In this document: in pieces, positions 39,920-51,928 of the stretch
Numbering within the stretch: position 1 is the stretch's first letter
Layout: the number at the start of each line of letters is the position of its first letter
DNA from: Planctomycetota bacterium
Lineage (GTDB): Bacteria > Planctomycetota > UBA1135 > UBA2386
Length of the DNA: 64,000 nt
Assembly: GCA_965223545.1 (NCBI GenBank)
Contig: OZ245006.1
Span: 7,456,001 to 7,520,000 of the forward strand
Reading direction: 5' to 3'
Position numbers and translations under genes: made by a program
The notes under the pieces: model-generated
What the model was told of the DNA's origin: nothing
Databases searched by the model: none
Seen by the model: the letters and a program-made list of their open reading frames with translations, nothing else

Positions 39920-40989
39920 CCCTGCTCCTGGCCGCGCTGCCGGCGGCCTGCCGCGGTGAGGCCGATCCGCGGGCGGCGCCGCCGGCGTTCGCCGAGGAGC
40001 TGTCCGGGCGGGCATGCGTAGTGGCCTGGAGTCCGACCGGTGCGCCGATCCCGCCGCCGGTGCACGCGCTGGTGGCGGCGTTGCCGGCGGAACTCGGGTT
40101 GCGCGCGGTGCAGCACCGCGACGCGTTGGTGCTGGAGTCGCCGGCCGACCTGGCCGTCGGTTGGCCGAGCCTCGCCGAGTCGCGGCTGTTCCAGCGTGCT
40201 CTGGGCGGGCTCGCCGCCGCGGGCGCCGAGCCGGGCGCCGCGTCCATGTTGGTCTACGTCGACCTGCAGCAGCTCGTCGAGCTCCTGCGCCGCGCCATGC
40301 GGCAGAGCATGCGCGGATGGCAGATCGATCGGCTCGAGCGCGGCCTGGGTCTGCGTGGGCTCGACAGCTTGGCGCTGGCGGCGCGGCAGCGCGACGGCGC
40401 GCTGCAGGGTGCCGGCGTACTGGCGACCACCGGCAGCGAGCTGGGCTTGCCGGGAGCGCTGACCGCGGCGGCGCCGGCGCGCATGGGGGCCGCGCGGGAC
40501 GGCGGTGCGCGCGTGCAGATCGAGCTGTCGTGCGCCGATGAGGTGTTGCCGCGCATGGCGCGGGTGATGTCCGATCTCGGCGACGGCGCCTCGCTGTTCG
40601 GCGGGGTCGCCGCTGCGCCGCTGGCGTCGGCCTACGGCGTCGTCCGCCACTTGGCTGGCCGGGCATCGCTGGTGTTGCGTGGACGCGCCACACCGACTCT
40701 CACCGCGGCGGTGGCGGTGGGCGACGAACCGGGCTTGCGCTCCGCCCTGCGCGACCTGCCGATGCTCGGCGGCGCGCGGGGGGCGCTGCCCGGAGTCGAG
40801 ATCGACGACGGATGGATGTTGTTGGGGCCGGGCGCCGACGTGCCGCCCGAGTCCGGCGAGGAGCGTGCGGGACCGTGGTTGTCGGTCTGGGCGGAGTGGC
40901 CGTTGTCGGGCGCGGTCGAGCTGCGCGCGGAGGTGCACGTCGAAGGCGCGCGCGCGGATCTGGCCCACCTGCGCTGGCGGCTGTGGTGA
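39916..40989 (+). CDS. Hypothetical protein, possible lipoprotein
   Basis: TTG start overlaps the pepA stop (TTGA). Leader [10 protein letters not shown]. Fills the gap to acs. Confidence 0.55.
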   Translation: MTLLLAALPAACRGEADPRAAPPAFAEELSGRACVVAWSPTGAPIPPPVHALVAALPAELGLRAVQHRDALVLESPADLAVGWPSLAESRLFQRALGGLAAAGAEPGAASMLVYVDLQQLVELLRRAMRQSMRGWQIDRLERGLGLRGLDSLALAARQRDGALQGAGVLATTGSELGLPGALTAAAPARMGAARDGGARVQIELSCADEVLPRMARVMSDLGDGASLFGGVAAAPLASAYGVVRHLAGRASLVLRGRATPTLTAAVAVGDEPGLRSALRDLPMLGGARGALPGVEIDDGWMLLGPGADVPPESGEERAGPWLSVWAEWPLSGAVELRAEVHVEGARADLAHLRWRLW

Positions 40990-41059
40990 ACTGCCGACGC
41001 CCCGGCGGCGGGTCGGTTTTTGCGCCGCCGGCGGTGGCGTGCCGGGCTATAACGCGGCG

Positions 41060-42977
<1,918 letters not shown>

Positions 42978-42985
<8 letters not shown>

Positions 42986-43048
42986 AGGTACGGAGCCAGG
43001 CTCCGTACTCGACACACCGGTGAGGGTACGGAGCCAGGCTCCGTACTC
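42978..43048. repeat. Two tandem 33-bp units (period 38), each with a perfect 21-bp palindrome (REP-like)
   Basis: GTACGGAGCC-A-GGCTCCGTAC at 42988-43008 and 43026-43046, between convergent genes. Confidence 0.9.
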
Positions 43049-43054
43049 ACGTAC

Positions 43055-44671
43055 TCAGACGCGCCGGTAGTCGATCGGAAACTGCGTCTGCTTGAAGTCG
43101 TTGGCGCTCGACTTCAGCACGCGCAGGTACGGGCGCTGGTCTTCCCCTTCTTGGCGCTCGAGGTAGAGATGGAAGACGTTGTCGAACGTCGTCATGTACT
43201 GCGCCGGGTTGAAGTCGGCGCGGCCGCGCGCCGAGCCGGGGGGCACCAGGTCGACGAACAGCGAGGTGACGCCCTGATAGCGCAGCAGGTCGAGCAGGGC
43301 CGAGATCAGGAAGGTCTGGTTGTCGAGCAGCGGGAAGCGGTCGGCGAGGCGGAAGGCGTTGTCGAAGGCGAGCCGCGCCGCCGGCCTGCCCTCGCCGCGG
43401 ACGCGGCCGACGACGTCCCAGATCAGCTTGCCGGGGCTGACGTATTCGGGGTGGAGGTACATCACGCGCAGGTCGGGCTGCAGCTCGTCGTCGCCGCGCA
43501 AGCAGTGCGGTGCGAGTGCCGTCTCGCGCTGACAGATGCGCGTCAGGGTGTCTGGGTCTTCCTTGGTGGACACCATCAGCCCGGGCCGACCGCCGGCGAG
43601 GCCGGCCGCCAGGAAGCGGAGCGCGAGGTAGGTGTAGCGCGTGCCGGGTTCGGCCAACAGCACCGTCGAGGAGCCCTCGACCGGGCCGGTGCCGTTGAGG
43701 AACGGCGCCCGGAAGTCGGGCTGCCCGAAGTCGATCGGCGTCTGCCCGCGCCTCGGCGGCTCGGTCGCGTTGTCGCGCGCGATCGACAGCTGCGCCGCCA
43801 CCGACGGGTACAGGTGGATACCGGGACCCCGCTCGTTGCGCGCGCCGAGATAGCCGTCGCGGCGCATGTCGCGGCCGGCGATCGAGAAGTGGTGCGAACC
43901 GCGGTAGTAGTACTGGTGGCGCGCCTTGAGGATCTCCAGGCTGCGCGCCTTGAAACCGTAGAGCCGGTCGAGGAACGACAGCCGGATCAGCAGATCGGTG
44001 GAGAACTCCTCGGCGCTGGGCGTGCGCAAGTCGCGCGGGCTCGACTCCTCCTGCACGAAGATGCCGTGGATGCGCCGCGACATCAGCATGTGACGGGTCG
44101 CGACCAGGCGCGTCCGCTTGGCGAAGTAGTCCAGGTCGGTGAGCAGCAGGCCGACGTTGTCGATGCAGACCATGCCGACCCCGCTGGCCAGCCGGTAGTT
44201 GCCGATCTCGGCCAAGATCCACTCGATGTCGACGGTCGCGCCGGCGCGAGATTCGGGGTCGAGCGAGGCGGGATTGGCGTGCGTGATCACCAGCCGCGTC
44301 GTGCCGTTCGCGGTCTTCGCCTGCAGGCAGAGCTTGTTGGGCACCTCGCGCGGCAGCGTCTCGACGTCGACCTGCAGACCGTAGTGGTCGAAGTCGGCGG
44401 CGATCTTCTTGTGCAGATCGTCCGGCGACTGCTCGACCGAGTAGTAGAGGTAGGTGGTGCCGTCCGGACCGGTCAACCACGCCCGCGCCAGCATCTCCAA
44501 CGCCAGCAGGGTCTTGCCCGAGCCGGGTCCGCCGGTGATGAGCACGAACGCCGCGGTCTCCGCCGGGTAGCGGACGCCGCCGCCGAGAACGGCATCGAGC
44601 CCGTCGATGCCCGTCTTCAGGGTCTCGAACAACGTGCGGCACAGCGTCCCGGCCGGGTGGGCGCCGGTCAA
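43055..44671 (-). CDS. KaiC/RAD55-like tandem-domain ATPase
   Basis: TGIDGLDAVLGGG, Walker A GGPGSGKT, EEFSTD and RSLEILKAR. The second domain has a degenerate Walker A (AEPGTRYT). Confidence 0.85.
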   Translation of the reverse strand: MTGAHPAGTLCRTLFETLKTGIDGLDAVLGGGVRYPAETAAFVLITGGPGSGKTLLALEMLARAWLTGPDGTTYLYYSVEQSPDDLHKKIAADFDHYGLQVDVETLPREVPNKLCLQAKTANGTTRLVITHANPASLDPESRAGATVDIEWILAEIGNYRLASGVGMVCIDNVGLLLTDLDYFAKRTRLVATRHMLMSRRIHGIFVQEESSPRDLRTPSAEEFSTDLLIRLSFLDRLYGFKARSLEILKARHQYYYRGSHHFSIAGRDMRRDGYLGARNERGPGIHLYPSVAAQLSIARDNATEPPRRGQTPIDFGQPDFRAPFLNGTGPVEGSSTVLLAEPGTRYTYLALRFLAAGLAGGRPGLMVSTKEDPDTLTRICQRETALAPHCLRGDDELQPDLRVMYLHPEYVSPGKLIWDVVGRVRGEGRPAARLAFDNAFRLADRFPLLDNQTFLISALLDLLRYQGVTSLFVDLVPPGSARGRADFNPAQYMTTFDNVFHLYLERQEGEDQRPYLRVLKSSANDFKQTQFPIDYRRV

Positions 44672-44716
44672 GAAAGGACTCCTCGGCGAGTCCGCTCCGG
44701 GCGGGGTTCGAATGCG

Positions 44717-44745
44717 TTGACAACCGCGGCGATGGAGCCCAGCCT
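44717..44745 (+). promoter_or_regulatory. Sigma70-type promoter, probably leaderless transcript
   Basis: TTGACA (44717-44722), a 17-nt spacer, CAGCCT (44740-44745), then 6 nt to GTG 44752. Confidence 0.6.
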
Positions 44746-44751
44746 GGCGGC

Positions 44752-45402
44752 GTGCTGCCCGAGGTCACCGACTTCTGTCGCCTGCTGCTGTTGCACCACC
44801 CGGAGCTCGAGGCCGGCAGTGCCGCCGTCGCCCTGGGTGCCGGCAACGCCGCGCTCAGCCGGCGGGGCAAGCGCGCCGTGCTGCGCTGGATGGACCTGCT
44901 GCAAGCCGTGCCGATCGACGCCGTGCACGCCTCCGATCAGGAGCAGTCGGCTGCGCCGGCGGCCGGTCTGGCGCGCGCCAAGCAGCTCGAGGTACAGCTC
45001 GAGCCGCGGCTGCGGGACCAGGCGATGGGGCGGTGGCAGGGGCAGCGGTGGGACGCGTTGGTCGAGAGCGACCCGACCGCGGTGACCGACTTCTTCGAGA
45101 GCTTTGCCGAGCGCGTGCCGCCGGACGGCGAGAGCTTGGGGCAGGCCACCGAGCGCATGCTGCAGTGGTGGTGGGAGCAGGCGCCGGAGAGCGCCGGCCG
45201 CACGCTGGCGGTGATCACCAGTGGTGCGATGATCGCCGGCTTCGCCGCGGCGATGTTGGGCATGCGGCTCACCCGGTGCCTCAGTCTCCGCCTACCGCCC
45301 GGCGGGCTGGGCATCCTCGACGTCTACGGCAACGGCGTGCGCATCGCCGCCTGGCACCCGGACGTCTTCCACGACGGAACAGACGCCCCGGCAGCGACAT
45401 GA
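44752..45402 (+). CDS. Histidine phosphatase superfamily protein with degenerate catalytic motifs
   Basis: The scaffold LSRRG, LRD..MGRWQG and PDGES is present, but RHG reads HHP and the C-terminal HG reads SG. Confidence 0.75.
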   Translation: MLPEVTDFCRLLLLHHPELEAGSAAVALGAGNAALSRRGKRAVLRWMDLLQAVPIDAVHASDQEQSAAPAAGLARAKQLEVQLEPRLRDQAMGRWQGQRWDALVESDPTAVTDFFESFAERVPPDGESLGQATERMLQWWWEQAPESAGRTLAVITSGAMIAGFAAAMLGMRLTRCLSLRLPPGGLGILDVYGNGVRIAAWHPDVFHDGTDAPAAT

Positions 45403-45451
45403 TCTGTCGATGCCGGCTGGCCGGCGACGCCCCTCGATCGTCGATCGCCTC

Positions 45452-46117
45452 TCACCGCGCGTTGGCGTTGCGACGGCGGTACTGCATCTCCATGACCAGC
45501 ACCTCCTTGTTGTCGAGGGTCTCGTACATCTTCTTGATGATCCGCGTTTGGGCGCGCTCGTCGCCCCTGACGATCTCGATCGCGGTGCGGAACGGCTGAC
45601 CGTTCGGCGTGATGTGGTTGGTGCGCAGGCCGCGCAGATTGATGACGCCGTTGTCGTCGCGCTTGCCGCGCGCCAAGTGGATCATGGTGCCGAACGTGTC
45701 CATCCAGTTCATCACGTAGGCCTTCATGATCCGGTCGTAGCCGATCACTCCCAACCCCTCGAACGCCTGCTCCTGCATGACGCCCTCGATGCGCTCGACC
45801 AGGAAGCGGCTGCCGAGCGTGGCCTCGATCTCGGCCACTGCGGTGCTCTTCTGGGTCTCGCGGCCCGGATAGGTGACGGTCACGTCGACCGCCCACGGCC
45901 CGCTGAGCGCGGCGAGCTCGGCGTGCTCGGCCCCGGGCATGGCGTAGTGCAGGGCACGGCGCCACTCCTCTTGCGCGTCCGCCGGTGCCCGCACCGGATC
46001 CTGCGGTGCCGGCAGGGGCGTTGCGGCCGGCGTCTCTGCTGCCGGGGCGTCGGGTGCGCGGAGGCCGGCGATGGCGGAAACCACCGTTGCGGCGGAGATC
46101 GTGGTGAGCAGCTTCAT
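45452..46117 (-). CDS. Secreted DUF1579-like protein
   Basis: Signal peptide, PGAEHAELAALSGPW, FEGLGVIGYD, WMDTFGT and MEMQYRR. Confidence 0.8.
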   Translation of the reverse strand: MKLLTTISAATVVSAIAGLRAPDAPAAETPAATPLPAPQDPVRAPADAQEEWRRALHYAMPGAEHAELAALSGPWAVDVTVTYPGRETQKSTAVAEIEATLGSRFLVERIEGVMQEQAFEGLGVIGYDRIMKAYVMNWMDTFGTMIHLARGKRDDNGVINLRGLRTNHITPNGQPFRTAIEIVRGDERAQTRIIKKMYETLDNKEVLVMEMQYRRRNANAR

Positions 46118-46213
46118 CCGGGACAGGATACCTCGGGATCGGCGTCGTGCGGGGTCCACGCGCGGGTGGTCGGGGGTGGTCACGGGCGCTCCGAGCGGGC
46201 ATCCTCGATACGG

Positions 46214-48115
46214 ATGGCGTGCTTCTGGGAGTGTGCGCGGGCCAGCGGCCAGCGATGGGCGCCGGCGCTGGCGGCCGCATTGGTGACGGGCGCGTGCCTC
46301 GTGGCCCAGCCCCGGCCGGCATGGGCGGTGTTGAGCCCCGGTGCGCCGATCAACACGAGCCTGATCCAGCAGCTCGGCAAGCTGGTGATCTACGAGGAGC
46401 CGGCCACCGTGCACGTGTTCTCCGCCTTTACCCGGCGGTGGCACAGCACTCCGCGGCCGGCGGGAGCCAGCCTGCGGCACGCCAACGACTGGCTGCTGCT
46501 GCGGGCGGGCGGCGCGTTCACGGTGTTCTCCTCGATGCGGGGGGTGTTCGAGACGCGCTCGTTCTCACCGCAAGCGGTGGTCCTCAATCCGGCGTCCCAG
46601 CGCAACGACTCGCTGCTGCTGATCGAGGATGCCGGAGTCCTGCACGCGTTTTCCGGCCTGACCGGCGTGTGGACGCAGATCCCACTCGGTCCGAGCGCGC
46701 AGGTTGCCGTCGAAGGCCACACGGCCGTGGTCGTCGATGGCGGGATCGCCGCCGCGCAGTCCGCTTACGGCGGCGGTTGGCAGCCGCAGGCGATCGTCGG
46801 CACCCCGCGGCGCGTGCACGCGAGCGGCACGGTGGCGGTGGTGGAGACCGAAGTCGCCGTGTTCGGCTATTCGGCGGCGCAGCGCGGCTGGAGTCAGACC
46901 GGGGCGCCCGCGCCCGGCGCGGTGTTCGCCAGCGGCGATGACGTCGCCCTGTGGGAATCCGCCGGCACAGCACTGGGCTTCAGCGGTGTGCGCGGCGCGT
47001 TCGCCACCGCCGCGGTGGAGCCCGGCGCCGGCCTCGTCGCCGAGCAGCAGCTCGGCGCCGCCGTCGGCGGCAGCGCGGTCGATTTCTTCTCGGCGCCGCG
47101 GGCGCAGTGGACCGAGGTGCCCCGTCCGCCGGGCGCGGCGGTGATGAGCAGCGCCGCCGTCGCCGCGGTCCTCGACACGACCGGCGTGCGCGCCTACAGC
47201 GCGGTCACCGGAGGCGCTGTGTTCCAGGCCGCGCGCCAGGCGTTCGTCGGCGTGAGCTGGACCGTCGCCGCGTTGCAGGACGGCGTCAACCAACAGAGCT
47301 GGTTCTTCAGCGCGTTCTCCGGCGCCTGGCACGCAGCGCCGGCGGGACCGGTGGCGGCGTTTCCCCGGGTCGCGTTCAACGGTGGCCTGATCGAGGCGAA
47401 CGGCGGGTTCGCGGCGTTCTCCGCCCGCGACGGCAATTTCGTGTTCACGTCGGCAGGCCCCGGATCGGTGCCGCACGTGGATCCGCAGAGCGGTCTGCTG
47501 GCGGTGGAAGAGCCGGCGGGTCTGTCGGTGTTCGAGCCGCGGCGGCGGGTCTGGGTGCGCGCTCCGGTCGCCGGGGGCGGGCTGGTCGTGCAGCAGTGGC
47601 GCACCGCGCTGTTGGCCGAGCAAGGCACGCGGGTTTGGGGATTCGGCAGCCAGGACGGCACCGTGCACCCGCACGACGTCGGCGCGGCGGTGATCGACAC
47701 CAAGGCGAGCTCCGAGAGCCTGCGCGTCGTGACCGCGGCGGAGATCCACGCTTTCAGTCCATTGCCCGATGTCCTGCCGCTGACGCAGTTTCCCGAGTTC
47801 CGCCGGATGTTGGCGGGAGGTGCTCCGTTGGACGTGGTGATCTCGGCCGACAGCGGAGCGGTGGTGGCGCCGGTCGGCGGGCTGCCGGCGACCGCGCCGG
47901 TGCCGGTGGTGGGGCTGAGTGGTCTGCTGTTGCTGGCTCCGCCGCTGGTGCCGTTGCCGCCCCTGATCGCCGGTGCGGACGGTCGCGCCGCGCTGTCGGT
48001 GCCGGTGCCGGCCGCCCCCACCCTGGTCGGCTTGACGCTGGGGTTGCAGGCGTTGGTGGTGCCGGCCGTCCGCGCGCCGTATCTGACCGGCCTCGGCGCT
48101 GCGACGCCCTTTTGA
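46214..48115 (+). CDS. Secreted beta-repeat protein with conserved C-terminal domain
   Basis: Leader ending LVA-Q, about 13 repeats with core [FY]S...G.W, and a C-terminal PVP...LVG-x5-Q. Start uncertain. Confidence 0.75.
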   Translation: MACFWECARASGQRWAPALAAALVTGACLVAQPRPAWAVLSPGAPINTSLIQQLGKLVIYEEPATVHVFSAFTRRWHSTPRPAGASLRHANDWLLLRAGGAFTVFSSMRGVFETRSFSPQAVVLNPASQRNDSLLLIEDAGVLHAFSGLTGVWTQIPLGPSAQVAVEGHTAVVVDGGIAAAQSAYGGGWQPQAIVGTPRRVHASGTVAVVETEVAVFGYSAAQRGWSQTGAPAPGAVFASGDDVALWESAGTALGFSGVRGAFATAAVEPGAGLVAEQQLGAAVGGSAVDFFSAPRAQWTEVPRPPGAAVMSSAAVAAVLDTTGVRAYSAVTGGAVFQAARQAFVGVSWTVAALQDGVNQQSWFFSAFSGAWHAAPAGPVAAFPRVAFNGGLIEANGGFAAFSARDGNFVFTSAGPGSVPHVDPQSGLLAVEEPAGLSVFEPRRRVWVRAPVAGGGLVVQQWRTALLAEQGTRVWGFGSQDGTVHPHDVGAAVIDTKASSESLRVVTAAEIHAFSPLPDVLPLTQFPEFRRMLAGGAPLDVVISADSGAVVAPVGGLPATAPVPVVGLSGLLLLAPPLVPLPPLIAGADGRAALSVPVPAAPTLVGLTLGLQALVVPAVRAPYLTGLGAATPF

Positions 48116-48180
48116 GGCGCCGCCGAGCGCGGTGACTTTCGCGCTGGCCCGGGCGCGGGAGACGGCTACAACTACGAGCC

Positions 48181-48639
48181 ATGCCGGAGAAGGCCATCCA
48201 CCGCATTCTGGCGCCGGTCGAGCTGTCGGAGCCGGTCGTCCCCGACATGGAGTATGCGATCCGGGTGGCGGCGCAGCTGGGCGCCGAGCTGATCCTGTTC
48301 GTCTGCATCGACACGCCGGCGGCGGTGAGCATGATCGGCAAGCACCGGGCCCAGCGACGGGGTTCGGCCAGCTTCGACCAGGCGTTGGTCGAAGATGCCA
48401 AGGCGATTCTGTCGAAGATCGTGGATGAGGCCACGGGGCGCGGCGTCGTCGCACTCGGGCACGCGACCGTCGACGAGGATGTCGAGGAGCAGATTCTCAA
48501 GGAAGCGCTGGTGCAGAAGGTCGACCTGATCCTGGTGCGGTCGAAGGGCCGCCACGGCCTGATGAAGGCGCTGTTGGGCAGCACGGCGGGTGAGATCCTC
48601 AAGGCCGCGCCGTGCCCCGTCCTGGTGGCGCGCTCGTGA
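48181..48639 (+). CDS. Universal stress protein
   Basis: RILAPVELS, VDLILV...G..G and LLGSTA..IL..APCPVLV. Confidence 0.92.
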   Translation: MPEKAIHRILAPVELSEPVVPDMEYAIRVAAQLGAELILFVCIDTPAAVSMIGKHRAQRRGSASFDQALVEDAKAILSKIVDEATGRGVVALGHATVDEDVEEQILKEALVQKVDLILVRSKGRHGLMKALLGSTAGEILKAAPCPVLVARS

Positions 48640-51044
48640 CCAAGTCGGGACGACCACTCAACGGGGCGGACGCGCCGCTGCCGGCCGGCCCGGTCGAGTT
48701 GGCTGCCGAGGACCTGCGCTGGAGCTGTGCGCCGGTGCGGGCATCGCGGCGCGAGCCGCGGGTCTCGGAGACCCTGGGCCAGGAGCGGCCGCTGGCCGCG
48801 ATGCGCGCCGGCCTGGCGATCCGCGCGCCGGGCCACCACCTGTTCGTCTCTGGCGCCCCGGGCAGCGGTCGCCGCACCCTGGTCGAGCACGTGCTCGCCG
48901 AGCTGCAGCCCGAGCGCCGCCCGGGCCCGGACTACGCCTACGTCAGCGTTTGTGGCGACCCGCAGCGGTTGCGGCTGCTGCGGCTGCCGCGCGGTGCGGG
49001 CGATCGCTTTGCCCGCGAGTACGAGACCATGCTGTGGTCGGTGCGGGACGCCATGCGCGCGGCGCTGGCGGCGCGGCCGCACCGCATGTCGCGGCAGCTG
49101 ATCCTGCGCGCGGCCGAGGAGCGGCGGGATCGCTTGATGACCGCGCTCGGGCGCGTCGCGGAGCAAAACGGCTGTGCGATCGTGCAGCACGAGGAAAACG
49201 GCGCGTTCTCCGCGGACGTGCAGCCAGTGCACGAGGGGCACGCCCTCGGCGCCGAGGCGATGGCGGCGCTGGTCGGTGACGGCCGGCTGACGGCGACGCA
49301 GCGCGATGGCTTGCTGCGGCGGCGCGAGGCGATGCTGGAGCGCGTCGAAGAAGTGTTCGACCGCCTCCGGCGGCAGACGCGGCGCACCGAGGAAGAGCTG
49401 GCCGAGCTCGACCGCCAGCACGTGCTGCGCCACGTCGGGGCTCTGCTCGACGAGTTTCGCCGTGCCTGGCCGCAGCCCGAAGTCGACGCGCGCTTGGCCG
49501 AGATCCGTGCCAACATCGAGCGGGAGCTGCCGCGCTGGGTGCTGGAGCCGAGTGAGTCCGAGGGCGAGGTCGTCGATCCCGGTCCCCTGCACGAGCTGTC
49601 GGCGCATTCGGTCAACGCCACCGACCCGGGCGATCCGTGTCCGGTCGTGTTCGAAGCGCACCCCAGCTATGCCAAGCTGTTCGGCGCCCTCGAGCTGATG
49701 CGCGAGGCGCCGTGGGGGTTGGCGCGCGTGCAGGAGGGGGCGCTGCTGCGCGGCGACGGGGGCTTCGTCGTGATGCGCGCCGTCGACGTGTTTTCCGAAC
49801 CCAACGCGTGGAGTCAGCTCAAGCGGACGCTGCGTTCGGGCGAGCTCGAGCTGCGCGAGGTCGACGTCAACGCCGGCCAGGGCGGCGGCGTGCTGCAGGC
49901 GGATCCGATCCCGCTCGACGTCAAGGTCGTGTTGATCGGCGAGCCGGGCCAGTACGAGCACATGGTGGCCGAGGATCCCCAGTTCGCGCAGCTGTTCAAG
50001 GTACACGCCGAGTTCGACGCCAGCATGCCGGCCGACGCGGCCGGCTGCCGGCGCTACGCCGACCAGCTGGCGTGGCTCACCCGCAACGAGGGGCTGCGCG
50101 CGTTTGCCGGTGCCGCCGCGGCCGCGGTCGTCGAGTTCGGCGCGCGCCAGGCCGGCCGCCGCGACCGCCTGTCGACGGCGTTCGGCGATCTCGCCGACGT
50201 CGCCCGCGAGGCGTCGTGGTACCGCGAGCAGCGCGGCAACGGGCCGGTGCAGCGCGAAGACGTCGAGCGCGCGGTGGCGGCGCGTGAGGCCCGCGCCGAG
50301 CTCGGCCGCGAGCACCTCGAGCGCGACTTCGCCGACGGCTATCTGCGGGTGAGGACCGAGGGCGAAGCGGTCGGTGAGATCAACGCGCTCACCGTCCTCG
50401 ACAGCGGCACCTTCGCGTTCGGCCGGCCGAGCCGGGTGACGGTGTCGACCGGCGTCGGCAGCCGCGGTCGCAGTGGGCTGTTGAACATCGAGCGCGAAGC
50501 CGAGCTGTCCGGTCCGCTGCACGACAAGGGTGTCTTGATCCTCGGCGGCTATCTGCTGCGGCGCTTTGCGCAGGACGCGCCGCTGTGCCTGCAGGCCAGT
50601 ATCTGCTTCGAGCAGAACTACGGCGGCGTCGACGGCGACTCGGCCTCCGGCGCCGAGCTGGTGGCGCTGCTCTCCAGCCTGGCCGGCGTGGCGCTGTCGT
50701 GCGCCTACGGCATGACCGGCGCGATCAACCAGGCCGGCGAGCTGCAGGCCGTCAGCGGCGTCAACGAGAAGATCGAGGGCTTCTTCCGCCTGTGTGCCAC
50801 GCGTGGATTGCGTGGCGGGCAGGGCGTGGTGATCCCGGCGGCCAACGTGCTCGATCTGATGCTGCAGCAAGACCTGGTCGCGGCGGTGCGGGCGGGAGCG
50901 TTTCGCGTGATCGCGGTCGACACGGTCGAGCAGGCCCTGGCCGTGCTGACCGGCCGCGAGCCCGAGGCGGTGTTGGCTGCGGCCGGGCAGCGGTTGCGGG
51001 CGTTCGCCGAACAGCCGGGCGCGGCGTCGTCACCGCGCGGGTAG
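48636..51044 (+). CDS. Lon-like (S16) protease, LonC/AAA_32 type
   Basis: LGQERP, degenerate Walker A GAPGSGRRT, GEINALTV, IEREAELSG..H.KG and the Ser-Lys dyad VDGDSAS...GVNEKIEGF. Confidence 0.9.
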   Translation: MTKSGRPLNGADAPLPAGPVELAAEDLRWSCAPVRASRREPRVSETLGQERPLAAMRAGLAIRAPGHHLFVSGAPGSGRRTLVEHVLAELQPERRPGPDYAYVSVCGDPQRLRLLRLPRGAGDRFAREYETMLWSVRDAMRAALAARPHRMSRQLILRAAEERRDRLMTALGRVAEQNGCAIVQHEENGAFSADVQPVHEGHALGAEAMAALVGDGRLTATQRDGLLRRREAMLERVEEVFDRLRRQTRRTEEELAELDRQHVLRHVGALLDEFRRAWPQPEVDARLAEIRANIERELPRWVLEPSESEGEVVDPGPLHELSAHSVNATDPGDPCPVVFEAHPSYAKLFGALELMREAPWGLARVQEGALLRGDGGFVVMRAVDVFSEPNAWSQLKRTLRSGELELREVDVNAGQGGGVLQADPIPLDVKVVLIGEPGQYEHMVAEDPQFAQLFKVHAEFDASMPADAAGCRRYADQLAWLTRNEGLRAFAGAAAAAVVEFGARQAGRRDRLSTAFGDLADVAREASWYREQRGNGPVQREDVERAVAAREARAELGREHLERDFADGYLRVRTEGEAVGEINALTVLDSGTFAFGRPSRVTVSTGVGSRGRSGLLNIEREAELSGPLHDKGVLILGGYLLRRFAQDAPLCLQASICFEQNYGGVDGDSASGAELVALLSSLAGVALSCAYGMTGAINQAGELQAVSGVNEKIEGFFRLCATRGLRGGQGVVIPAANVLDLMLQQDLVAAVRAGAFRVIAVDTVEQALAVLTGREPEAVLAAAGQRLRAFAEQPGAASSPRG

Positions 51045-51055
51045 CACACTGTCTC

Positions 51056-51769
51056 TCAGAAGCGCGAACGGCGGCTCGGCGTCGGCCGTCGGGCCGGCGC
51101 GGGTGGCGCCAGGAGGTGCGCCAGCAGCATGCCGACGACGAAGCCGCCGATGTGCGCCCACCAGGCGACCCCCGGCCCCGATGCGCCGAACGCGCTGAAC
51201 ACCTGGATCGCGAGCCAGAGCCACAGGAACACCGCGGCCCGCACGTGGATCAGCACCGGCAAGAAGCCGAGCGGCACCAGGGTGAGCACGCGCACCCCGG
51301 GGTAGAGCACGAGGTAGGCGCCGAGCGCGCCGGCCACCGCCCCCGAGGCGCCGACCATCGGCACGGCCGAGGCGGGCTCGGCGAGCACCTGGCTGGCCAG
51401 CGCTGCGAGGCCGGCGACGCCGTAGAGCGCGGCGAAGCGACCGGCCCCGAGGCGCTCTTCGACGTTGTCACCGAACACCCACAGGAACCACATGTTGCCG
51501 AGCAGGTGCAGCAGGCCGGCGTGGACGAACATGTGGGTGCCCACCCGCCAGACCTCGCCGCGGCCGGCGCTGACCAGCCAGCCGGAGTCGGCGCCCGGCC
51601 ACAGCTCGGGTTGGCGGCCGGTCAGCAGGTAGGCCAGGGCGCCGAAACGCTCGATGGCCCCGACCGGATCGCTCAGCGACAGCGCGAAGACGGCGAGGTT
51701 GAGCACCACCAGCACGCGCACGACGCGCGCGGGGCGGAGCGTCGGCAGCTGGTCGCGGAGCGGGATCAT
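51056..51769 (-). CDS. Rhomboid family intramembrane serine protease
   Basis: MIPLRD, HLLGNMWFL.VFGDNVE, GASG and AWWAHIGGF. Confidence 0.93.
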   Translation of the reverse strand: MIPLRDQLPTLRPARVVRVLVVLNLAVFALSLSDPVGAIERFGALAYLLTGRQPELWPGADSGWLVSAGRGEVWRVGTHMFVHAGLLHLLGNMWFLWVFGDNVEERLGAGRFAALYGVAGLAALASQVLAEPASAVPMVGASGAVAGALGAYLVLYPGVRVLTLVPLGFLPVLIHVRAAVFLWLWLAIQVFSAFGASGPGVAWWAHIGGFVVGMLLAHLLAPPAPARRPTPSRRSRF

Positions 51770-51928
51770 GCGCGCGTTGGAACGCGAGAACCGGCGCGCG
51801 CAACCGCCGAGATGGCATCTTTCGGCGGCCGGTGGCTTTGCTATAGTGCCCGCGCCCACGCGTGTAAAGACAGGTGTGGCAAGCGCTGGCCGTGGCGCTG
51901 ACCGCCGCGGCGACACCCATCGAGACTC

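Noticed and set aside
43055..44671. Circadian clock kaiC
   Set aside because: No kaiA or kaiB nearby and the second domain is degenerate, so it is called KaiC-like only.
51056..51769. Rhomboid as the sortase for the shared C-terminal domain
   Set aside because: Rhombosortase substrates have a GlyGly-CTERM transmembrane tail, which the shared domain lacks, so proximity alone is not evidence.
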